A stretch of 64,000 nt of DNA from Eledone cirrhosa (Eukaryota): assembly GCA_964016885.1 (NCBI GenBank), contig OZ024750.1:9796001-9860000 (forward strand), written 5' to 3'. Positions 54,435 to 64,000 of this stretch are shown here, piece by piece. Each line of letters begins with the position of its first letter. Position 1 is the first letter of the stretch. Under the pieces are notes generated by a model. It worked only from the letters and a program-made list of their open reading frames with translations. It was not told where the DNA came from and searched no databases. A program made the translations under genes and the position numbers.

Positions 54435-55883
54435 AATCATTACAATTAAACCAAGGCCCTCAAACACAGCCATCACAACAGCAACAACAACATCAACCAG
54501 CAACATCTCCTCAAGTGCAATCACATCCTCAACAAGTAATAAATTCTACACAGGGACCGGTAGGTGGTCGTGGAAGCGGTGGTAGTATTAGTGTCAGCAC
54601 TAATAACCCTGGTGCTAGTGGAAATACAATTACTGCAGGAGGGAGCAACACAAGTGGTGCTGGTGGCAACAACCAGCTTCCAACCACTAATACTGTGCAA
54701 CAACAGTTGGCACAGCACCAAATCTTGCAACAGCTTCGAATGGCCGTCCAGGCAGGGCTTATCAGCCCACAATTGCTAAACCAGCAATTGCCTCCTCCAA
54801 TGCTCCTTCTTTTGCAACAATTACTGCAAATGCAATCAGGCTTGCAACAGCTTGTTACAAGGCAACAGTTCCTACAGCAGCAGAACCGAAATGGTAGTGG
54901 TGGGAATGCCAGTCATACTCAAAAGCAAATGGACCAAACAATTAATCGATTTAAGACACAAATGTTGCAGCTACAGCAACAAATAGCTCAGGCCCAGCAA
55001 AATCTTCCCAAACCTCAAAATATACCTGAACCAATAGAGGCTTTCTCACCCTTGCAGAATGATATGACCAACCTTTCCATATCCACCTGCTCTCAGTCCC
55101 GTCTTCTCAACCAGTGGAAACGTCCTTCTCCTGACAAAGATGCCAACATCCCCTCTGATCCAATGATGAATAAGGCTGTGGGTTCCAAACCTCTCCACCA
55201 CTCTATGTCTTCTTCGAATTTAGGAAGATATGACTTGAGTCTTGGCCTCAGTGATTCAACTTGGTCGAATGCCCCCACAACTTCATCCCAGAATTGGCCC
55301 AATGTATCTCCAATTGGAACAAATAGTCAAGTTGAATCTTCCAAAGACATTTCTCAAGGGAAGGAATCTCAATCTGCTAGCTCTTCATCTGCACTCAATT
55401 TGAATGATATGATTCCAGAATTTGTCCCTGGTAAGCCCTGGCAAGGAATTACTGGTACTAAAAGTGTGGAAGATGATCCATATATCACTCCAGGAAGTTT
55501 TTCTCGCTCACTCAGTGTTAATACTATTAAAGATGATTACTTGAATAACTTCTCCTCTAGTATTACCAAAGCCGGTCCAATTGTCACTTCAGAGTCCTGG
55601 ACAATGAAAGACTTCCCTAAAACAAGCAATTCATCTCAAACAATTGGTGGAAGTCAAAAGAATTGGAGCTCAGCTGAATCTGTTACTACTCCCACCAGCT
55701 TCACTTCTGAGGTCTGGGGTGTGCCTTTGCAACCCAAATCCAGTGGCAATTCTGCTCGCCCTCCACCAGGCCTTGTTCATAACAAAACTACATCTGCATC
55801 TACATCCAGCTGGAACAGCAGCTCATTTCCTGGCAGCCGTCAGGTATCTTGGTCTGGAAGATCAACTGAACCATTCCCTTCAG
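54093..55883 (+). CDS. TNRC6: GW182/TNRC6 exon: Q-rich/M domain, CIM-1, PAM2 (silencing domain)
   Basis: ttttag|CT ... TCA G|gttagt; phase 1/1. Encodes ILQQLRMAVQAGLISPQLLNQQL (M domain), QSRLLNQWK (CIM-1-like), IPEFVPGKPWQG...EDDPYITPGS (PAM2 region) and RPPPGL. Confidence 0.93.
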
Positions 55884-55949
55884 GTTAGTGCCATTGGTCT
55901 TTGTTTCTTTTGTTAGCTGATTACATTTATGGTTACCAAACTGCTTTAA

Positions 55950-57401
55950 CCCTTTAGCATTCAAACCGACAAAAACCGACAAGATTATGTCTCCTTTCAT
56001 TTATTCAAACCGACAAAAACCGACATTTAATAACACACAGAGATCTCCTTCTAAAAATAAATATTGACATCATCGAAATCTCGTCAATTCGAGATTACTG
56101 CGAGATAAAGGCCTTATGCACGAAAATTAACTCTTAGTATAGTTAAAGAACTTGCGAAAACACGTGTTTTTAACGTTGAAAGTGTAACATGGCTTCCGAA
56201 AGTAGCGACAACGAATTTGAAGGTTTTACGTCCGACGACATTCGAGATCAAAAAGAAACAGAAGATAATATCAGTGATTTATCTTCAAACGAATCAGATA
56301 TATTTATTTCTGATATATCTGATAGTCACTTTGAAAGTGAAAGAGAAGATTTGACTGACACCATTGAAAAAACACCAACGTGGTTGAAAGAAACAACATC
56401 GATACATGTTTCGGATTTTACTGAAAATATTGGACCACAACACACATTACCACCCGATGCTAAAGCACTGGATTATTATTTTTTATTTTTACCACAAACT
56501 TTCTTCGAAGTTGTGGCAAATCGCTATGCACAACGACAAATTTCTAATATCGGAAAACCCGATCTGTTATGGCGTCCGACAGATTCTGCCGAAATGAAAG
56601 CGTTTTTTACAATAAATATTATGTTTGGTATTAAACAATTTCCACGACTGTGGAATTATTGGAGTACTGATATAAGGTTTGGTGACCCTTATATATCTAG
56701 TATTATGGCAAAAACGAGATTCATCAAATTAAACCAGTATTTGCACCTGGTTGATACTTCAAATGCCCCTGGTAGAAATGAATTAAATTACGACCCACTG
56801 TACACGACCATTAATTGAAATGTCAGAAAAATTTAAAAGTGTGTATAAACTTATATATTGGGAACTTTCTGTTACGTAATTTTACACCGTACATTTACAG
56901 AGTGCATTGCCAATATTATTTTGACTGGTGAAAAGGTTTTATACATTTTTTTCAATGAAAATATTTGCCTGGAATGTAGAGAAAGACTAAAACCGTGTAC
57001 TGATTACACCTGCATTTTTAATTAATTCACCTGTTCGGAAAACTGCTAGAATTGATGGAAATCAGCATCTAGATCATTATTGGATTTTTTTGCAACAAAT
57101 CTAACGGATAAGGCAGATAAAGTTAAAATGTTTGTGTTTATCCATAAAGTTATTACTTTTACACCTGTTAATTAATTTCACCTGCCCATAAAAGTCAAAT
57201 TTAACAAAAAAAATCAGGTAAAAATATATAATTGTAAATTATAGTTATTTAAACATCTACTGACAAAATTTCAAGTCTGCACATAGAAAATTAAAGTAAT
57301 TACAAACAAATAAAATTGATAACCCTCTTGAGTATAATTAAGTGAAAATAATGCGAATAGATGAACATGACATTTGACAATTCAATGTGAATGCTAAAGG
57401 G
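55950..57401 (+). mobile_element. Internally deleted piggyBac DNA transposon
   Basis: TTAA at 55946-49 and 57402-05; perfect 14-bp TIR CCCTTTAGCATTCA; 23-bp subterminal direct repeat (55959-81, 56003-25); contains a transposase ORF. Confidence 0.93.
56189..56818 (+). pseudogene. Truncated piggyBac (PGBD4-like) transposase, N-terminal 209 aa
   Basis: Acidic N-terminus SDNEFEGF, W.PTD..EMKAF, NYWSTD, IM.K.RF.....YLHL.D, YDPLY; stops before the DDD catalytic residues. Confidence 0.85.
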
Positions 57402-57714
57402 TTAAAGAACTATTTGTTTTCTCAGTTTTATTAGACATCTAACGAAACCTGGAGAATCTCTCACGATTGTTTTGATAAACATATGCATTTTAAAATCTGT
57501 TAATAACTGGGTTGGGGTTTCTTCTTGACTAATATTTTAAACAAATTTTTCAAATGTTATATAAAAAAAATGAAAAACCTTTCAGTAAACACCATAAACA
57601 ATCTTCAGAACTATTCTTATCAACTATACAGCTTTTCAAATAGGGAAAGGAGAGAAACTTGATATAAAATCATCATCATCATCACTGTTTTATGTCCATT
57701 TTCCATGTCAGCAT

Positions 57715-58700
57715 GGGAGTATTGCCAAGAAGTGTATCATTGTTTCGTAGACCTTGAAAAGGCATATGACCGTATTCCATGGGACCTGTTGTGGAACGTC
57801 CTACAGGAGTATGGGATGTATGGATAGTTTCTTGATGCCCTGATGTCTCTATATGAAATCCCTAGTATTTGTGTTTGAATAAATGGGGCTAAATCAAAAC
57901 CATTCAATGTGGGTGTCAGACTCTGCCAAGGGTGCATACTGTCACCTCTCCTGTTCATAATCTTCAGGAACAGGATTGATATGTTCATTCGAGTTGGAAG
58001 TGGTATCAAGACTGGTGGATGTAGGATCAGTCGACTGGAATTTGCAGATGACATGGCACTACTTAACTCGTTTGAAGGTCATCTCCGACATACACTTGAT
58101 AGGTTTGCTGCCGAGTGCTGCACAGCAGGAATGAAAATCAGTGTTGCGATGATTGAGACATTTGTCCTCTCAAGGAAGCCTGCTACATGTGAGTAGAGTT
58201 CTACTGAAGCAGGTGGAGAAGTTTAAGAATCTTGGGGCCATGTTTACAAGTGATAAAAGCAGAAGGCTGAATTAAGTACAAGAATTGCAGGAGCTGGTGC
58301 AGTAATGCGCCAGCTTCAGTAATCAGAAGAGCGGTAGGTGTAAAAACCAAATTTGCTACCTTTAATTTGGAATTCATGCCAACCCTTACCTATGGTCATG
58401 AATCTTGGGTAATGACCGAAAGAATACGATCACGAATGCAAAGGACCGAAATGGGATTCCTCTGGAGGGTCTTTGGAGTAACGTTACTCAATAGAGTGTG
58501 TAGTTAAGAGATGAGAGAGTCACTCCAGGTAGAGCTGCTACTTCTCCGAATTGAGAAATCACAGCTCCGATACTATGGGCATGTGGTTAGAATGTCTCAG
58601 GAAAGAATCACTGGACAGATTCTACCAGCAGAAGTAGACCCCGAACAAGATGGTTGGATAACATCCATGAGCTTAGCTGGTCTCACTTGGAGATCCAGCC
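57715..58700 (+). mobile_element. Decayed RTE-clade LINE, reverse-transcriptase region (Rex3/Expander-like)
   Basis: CFVDLEKAYDRIP, GVRLCQGCILSPLLF, FADD, LTYGHESWVMTER, LLLRIEKSQLRYYGHV; several stops and frameshifts. Confidence 0.9.
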
Positions 58701-58882
58701 AGATTTCTACTATATCGGTTTGTTTTGTTACATATAAGGGAAATTTCAGAAATCTTCTACACCAATATATGTCTCCATGCTTATTTTCTACTATTATTGC
58801 ACAGTGCACTTCATGTGAAAAAAAAAAAATTATAACAATTTTTCAGTACTCTTTTCTATCCCTTATCCATTATTCTTTTCAG

Positions 58883-58944
58883 TCAACTCGTCCGCATCAT
58901 GGGTTGTAAGTAACTGGTTGGTCCTCAGGAATCTCACTCCCCAG
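58883..58944 (+). CDS. TNRC6: GW182/TNRC6 exon, start of RRM (…SNWLVLRNLTPQ)
   Basis: tcttttcag|TC ... CAG|gtcagt; 62 nt, phase 1/0; WLVLRNLTPQ joins IDGSTL of the next exon as in the TNRC6 RRM. Confidence 0.92.
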
Positions 58945-59692
58945 GTCAGTTTCACTTTACCTACTCTGCTATTTATGGAAGTAAAATTTATTTAGATATT
59001 TAACTCCTTACAAAACACAGGTGTTTCTAATCCACATTTAATAGTTCCCACTTCAATTTCTAGTAGGTACAGAAACTGTATGGTCTTGTACCAAACTATG
59101 AGAAGATTATTCCATTTAAAGAAAAATGGGAATATCTAAATAAAGAATTGTTATTTGACTCACTTTGCCAAATGGTTATTCCAGGTTTTGAAAACCTGGA
59201 AAATAGTGAATGTTTATCTGAGAGTTCCCATACATTGCCAGTTCTTAAGACTTTCAAATTTCTCTCAATGTTATATATTTGAGGATAGACCTCTGGTTAA
59301 TTAGATTCATGTTATCCTCAAAGCTAATCTGTACATTTCCCCTAAGTTGATATTATTAGCTGCTGTCGTAAATTTGAATTTGAATGGAATTCCTACTTGA
59401 AATTTATATAAACATACATTTTTATGTTGATTAGAATCAATGTAAATAATAAGATATAATTTTTCTAATAAATAATAAACAATCTTGATAATATTGTATA
59501 TGACATTTGTACTATACATGCACTTTTGATGAATTGTAGTGCACCTGAGCACTGTACACAATCATTTTCATTATTATTAAGAAAATATAACTTCTTTTCA
59601 AGTTAGTAAATATTCAGTTTAGTTTATCATTTATAATAAAATATTTCAGTCTGATACAGTAGTAAAAGAAAATATTTTCATAATATATTTAA

Positions 59693-59882
59693 CCCTTTAG
59701 TATTTAAATCAGCCATATCCGGCCAAAATTCTCTCACCTCTCTCTGTTCAAACTGACCATAACTGGCCACTCGTACTGATGTTAAGGTATTGCTCTCAAA
59801 ATAAATAATATCAAAATCCCATAGATCCGATATTACCATGAAAATACAATAGTATATATAGAATAATGTAAATGGTAAAGGA
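59693..59882 (+). mobile_element. piggyBac-type MITE family A
   Basis: TTAA-ccctttagtatttaaatc ... gtaaatggtaaagga-TTAA. Confidence 0.78.
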
Positions 59883-59995
59883 TTAAAAGACAATTATTTT
59901 CCAGTTTGTTAATTTGTTTTCAATATTTTTATTTTTATTTTGAATATTACAACTATATTGAAATTTGTTTTTCTCTTTTTATTTCAATATTTCAG

Positions 59996-60478
59996 ATTGA
60001 TGGCTCTACTTTAAAAACTCTGTGCCAACAACATGGACCTCTGCAATTTTTCTACCTTAGCCTCAACCATGGTCAAGCCCTTGTCCGTTATTCATCCAAA
60101 GATGAAGCAGTGAAGGCTCAAAAGGCTTTGAATACTTGTGTACTTGGAAACACAACCATATTAGCTGAATTTGTTTCAGAACGTGAGGCTAACCACTTAG
60201 TGGAGCAAAGTTCAACTACTTCAGCAGCACCCCCTTCTACTAGTCAATGGTCACAGTCCTCTCAATCAGATTATCGGCCTCCACCCCCACCACAACCTGG
60301 TGCACCTCCGCACTACAGCAGCCGCAACGAAAATCACTGGAACATGCCTGCTCCTGTTCAATTTGGCGGTTTTCCAGGGAACACTATGTGGAACAATGGC
60401 CTCTGGGGTGGAGTTGCAATTGATGACCATGGTTCTACTCCTTTACTTGGCAATATTCTGGGGGGAGAATCTTTGTGA
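59996..60478 (+). CDS. TNRC6: GW182/TNRC6 last coding exon: RRM and W-rich C-terminus
   Basis: tttcag|ATT GAT; [16 protein letters not shown]...[32 protein letters not shown]; ends [11 protein letters not shown] like the TNRC6 C-terminal L..DLLGGES motif. Confidence 0.95.
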   Translation: MDGSTLKTLCQQHGPLQFFYLSLNHGQALVRYSSKDEAVKAQKALNTCVLGNTTILAEFVSEREANHLVEQSSTTSAAPPSTSQWSQSSQSDYRPPPPPQPGAPPHYSSRNENHWNMPAPVQFGGFPGNTMWNNGLWGGVAIDDHGSTPLLGNILGGESL

Positions 60479-61120
60479 TTTTTTTTTTTGTTTTGTTTTT
60501 CTCCCTACCCTGTGAAAATTTTTATTCTTTTATTTTTCCTCCATCCAACTCACAACACACTTTCTTCATATTACTATATTTGTCTGTTTGTTTGTTTGTC
60601 TGTCTCTCTCTCGCTCTTTCTTTCTCTCTCTGTCTCTGTGATCTCTAGTTTTTATTTCCTATTTATCGGACTCCTACCCAAACGGCTACATAACATAAAC
60701 ATAACCCCTTGTCCTTTCACTTGTTATTTCAAACCCCTCCCCCCCAAAAAAAACTACTAATAATAATGAAACACCTAAATCTCCTCTGTGAAACCAGATC
60801 TCGTAGCTTTCATGGCAAACACATTCATACTTCGTTTGTTCGTTTTTGTTTTTTTTTTCTTTCTATATATTAAAAAAGAAAAAAACATTGAAAAAAAAAA
60901 AAAGATCTGATAACCGTGCAGCATTATAGAGAATGAAAATTAATTTGAAAAAGTCATTTAATTATATTATAAATTATGAATCGGGTGCAATCAGCTGTTG
61001 TATAAACTGTTTTTAAAAACAGAAGACTAACACACACAATATATATATATATATGTATGTCCAACCCTTGCTAGCAGGGACAGCGGACGTTAAATGATGA
61101 TGATGACGATGACGATGATG

Positions 61121-61152
<32 letters not shown>

Positions 61153-61188
61153 GTGTGTATATATATAATATACATGTGTGTGTGTATG

Positions 61189-61221
<33 letters not shown>

Positions 61222-61510
61222 TATATATATATAATCCCCTTCCCTCGCCCCAGCCCCCCAAAAAGTGACAGTTAAAGATAGTTAAATTTTGTCATGTGAT
61301 AATCTTTTGAAGTTACACCTAGTTTAATTGTCCAATGCAATGAAGATATTACTGGTTCCTACAACAGCAGGTAGGATCTGGCGGCAGCAGAAAGCGGTGC
61401 TTGTTCAAAGCCGTTTATGGACACAAATCCTAAGAAGAGAATGAGTGAGAATGAGAGAAGAAATATAGAGCTTATGCTTACTCTGATGGTGTTGATTCTT
61501 ACCTTCATGC

Positions 61511-61547
<37 letters not shown>

Positions 61548-61910
61548 AAAAAAACAATAACAACAACAACCAAGGTGGGTGAAACTCCAAAACTTCAAAA
61601 TATCTTTAAAAGGAAACAAAAAAAAAAAATCCAAAAAAAAATACAACAAATCAACTGTGTATGATTGGAAGAACAAGGAACTCGTGTATGATTGAAAGAA
61701 CAAAGAAGTATGTATGATTGAAGGAAATATTGCTTCTTCAAAACAAAACAAGAAGAAAAAAGAGAGAAAATTAATTAATAATCTTGATATACAAAGTATA
61801 TGCCCAATTTTTAATTTTTATGTTCTTGTGAAAAATATTTTTAGATTATATGCCATGATAGATATTTTTTCTTTCTTCATAATCTATTTTTTTCCACTCT
61901 TTTAAAATGT

Positions 61911-61953
<43 letters not shown>

Positions 61954-62976
61954 TTCAACAATAATTTTAATTGAGTTGAATCTTGATCAACAATGTTTCC
62001 CTTTTTTTAAGCACATACTAAATAAACAGTAACTAACTTTGAAGAATTTCCAAATATCAAATAATTCCAAATTATTGTTACATTTAAAAACCAACAGACT
62101 AGAAGCTAGTTTTTTTTGGTTTAGAATGTTAGCAATAAGTCTTTAGAGTGGTGATACAGAAAATAGCTGTTTAGTAAGAACTTTTTTTTTTTTTTTTTTT
62201 TTCATTTATTTATTATTATTTTTTTCCCTGAAATTTGACTACAATCTAAAAATATTTTGTCTGTGCCAAAATAATGTACGATTGGTTTGTGTTCTGTCAC
62301 AAAGCATAACCATTTTTTCATACTACAAAATGAGTTAATTTAGAGAGCAAAAAGATTTTTTGTAATTAAAATTAAGATAAATAAACATTTTTTTTTCCCT
62401 GTAATTTTTAAATATATTTTTGTAAAAAATCACTGCTTAGAGCTTCTAATTGTAAGTTGTTGTGAGTTAACATCATGGTTCATTAAGTATTGTATATTTT
62501 CTAAGAAAGAAAAAAACACAAATCCTAAAATCATGCACAATATAAGACTACTTGCATTAACAAAAAAAAAAAAAAAAGAAACCTACTATATATAAAAAAA
62601 ACAAAATCTCATCAAACTAAAATTTGCTGACCTAGCTATTGCTAATAGCTGTGTTTGTTTCATTTGAGGAGAATCCCAGAGAATGTAACATTGAAATTCA
62701 ACTGTTTGAAATATGCATCGAATGTGGGTGCAAAAATCTTTGGTAGGCTACAAGAAAACTTCGTAAATAATTAACCAGATCTCTGCATTTTTTAAAAATT
62801 ATTATTATTATTATTATTTTTAATTATCAAATCTGCCTCTTTTCAGCTGCTAAATTATAGAACTGAACAAGTTGCTTAAGCCCAAAACTTTCTAAAAAGC
62901 AAACTGAGGATTGTTTACAGATATTTTTTAAAAAAGCTGAAAATGCTGTTAGTGTTTTCTGAGGTAAGCTCTTCCA

Positions 62977-63050
<74 letters not shown>

Positions 63051-63159
63051 TTCTCTCTATATGTGTGTGTGTATATACATGCACATGTGTGTATGTATAT
63101 GTATGTGTGTGTGTATATATATATATATATATACACGCACACATACGTATATGTATATA

Positions 63160-63201
<42 letters not shown>

Positions 63202-64000
63202 CATACTTAACACACACACACCCTCACACACATATATATATATTATTCTGTACATTCTCCTCTGTGAAATTGCCAGTATTGATCAAATTATTTTCTTTCT
63301 TTTCATTTTTTTCTTTGTTTTTTATTTATTTTTTTTTTTTTTTACTTTTTCAACCAATGTTTGAAAAATGATATGTTGTGTCTTTATGTAAGGGAGGGGT
63401 CGGTAATGCTATATTTACATTGCCATTCATAATTTCTGTAAACCACCTAAACACTTTATTCTCGTCTTTTTTCATTTGTCATTCTTATTTTTCTTACAAC
63501 GATTATTTTAGTGAATACTACTACTATTACTACTACTAGTACTACTACTACTACTACATTTTATCTCCTATTCCATTTTCTTAATTTAAGTCTATGTTAG
63601 TTTATATTTCAAAGGAAATAACACCAAGTTTTATGTGTCAGTTAAATCATTTATTCATTTGGCAACAATGTGATGAAATATTCCTTTTAATTAATTAAAA
63701 ATGACTGAAGGCACAGGAAAAAATAACCAAACAACAAACAAAAGAAATAACACTTGATGGTTAAGAACATAAACTATATTAAACTTCGAAAATTAATTTG
63801 TGTTTTATCATTAATTAGACAGGGATTTTGTCCCTTAAAAAAAAAAGGAAACAATTTAAAAAAAAAAAATTAAAAACTTTCATTTTAAAATTTTCTTTTT
63901 ATAATTTTTTTTTCTTTTTTTTTTTTTCAATTAATAATTTTGGGGTTGTTTAATTTTTGGCTTCAAAATATATTAAATATATTGAGTTTAAAAACAAAAA
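60479..64000 (+). other. Probable long AU-rich 3'UTR of GW182 (end undefined)
   Basis: Follows the stop codon; A/T homopolymer-rich and largely free of long TEs; AATAAA at about 62021 and 62380. Confidence 0.4.

Noticed and set aside
56189-56818. Domesticated PGBD gene or active transposase
   Set aside because: It lacks the catalytic DDD region and still sits between TIRs and TSDs, as expected of a deletion derivative

Overview
Eukaryotic, AT-rich, intron- and microsatellite-rich animal DNA. The repeat content (RTE-tailed tRNA-derived SINEs, abundant (TA)n/(CA)n) suggests a coleoid cephalopod such as octopus; this is an inference. One protein-coding gene dominates the window: a plus-strand GW182/TNRC6 (gawky) miRNA-silencing scaffold. 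Eight phase-consistent coding exons can be reconstructed from GT-AG sites: 41796-44554, 47519-47641, 51108-51254, 52808(or 52778)-52894, 53496-53553, 54093-55883, 58883-58944 and 59996-60478. They give about 1850-1870 aa with GW/Ago-hook motifs, a long polyQ tract, a UBA domain, an M/Q-rich domain, CIM-1, PAM2 and an RRM. Four small upstream exon candidates (25728-25804, 31209-31269, 35370-35408, 39929-39980/40095) could supply alternative starts and uORFs. The rest is intronic or intergenic. It holds an internally deleted piggyBac with intact ends plus related TTAA MITEs, RTE LINE fragments, two SINE families, Tc1/mariner MITEs, an unclassified hairpin element sitting in (TA)n, and 23-bp and 38-bp minisatellites. 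There is no prokaryotic system or CRISPR array. The most novel-looking items are the combinatorial 5' exon/uORF layout and the piggyBac placed just behind the silencing-domain exon.
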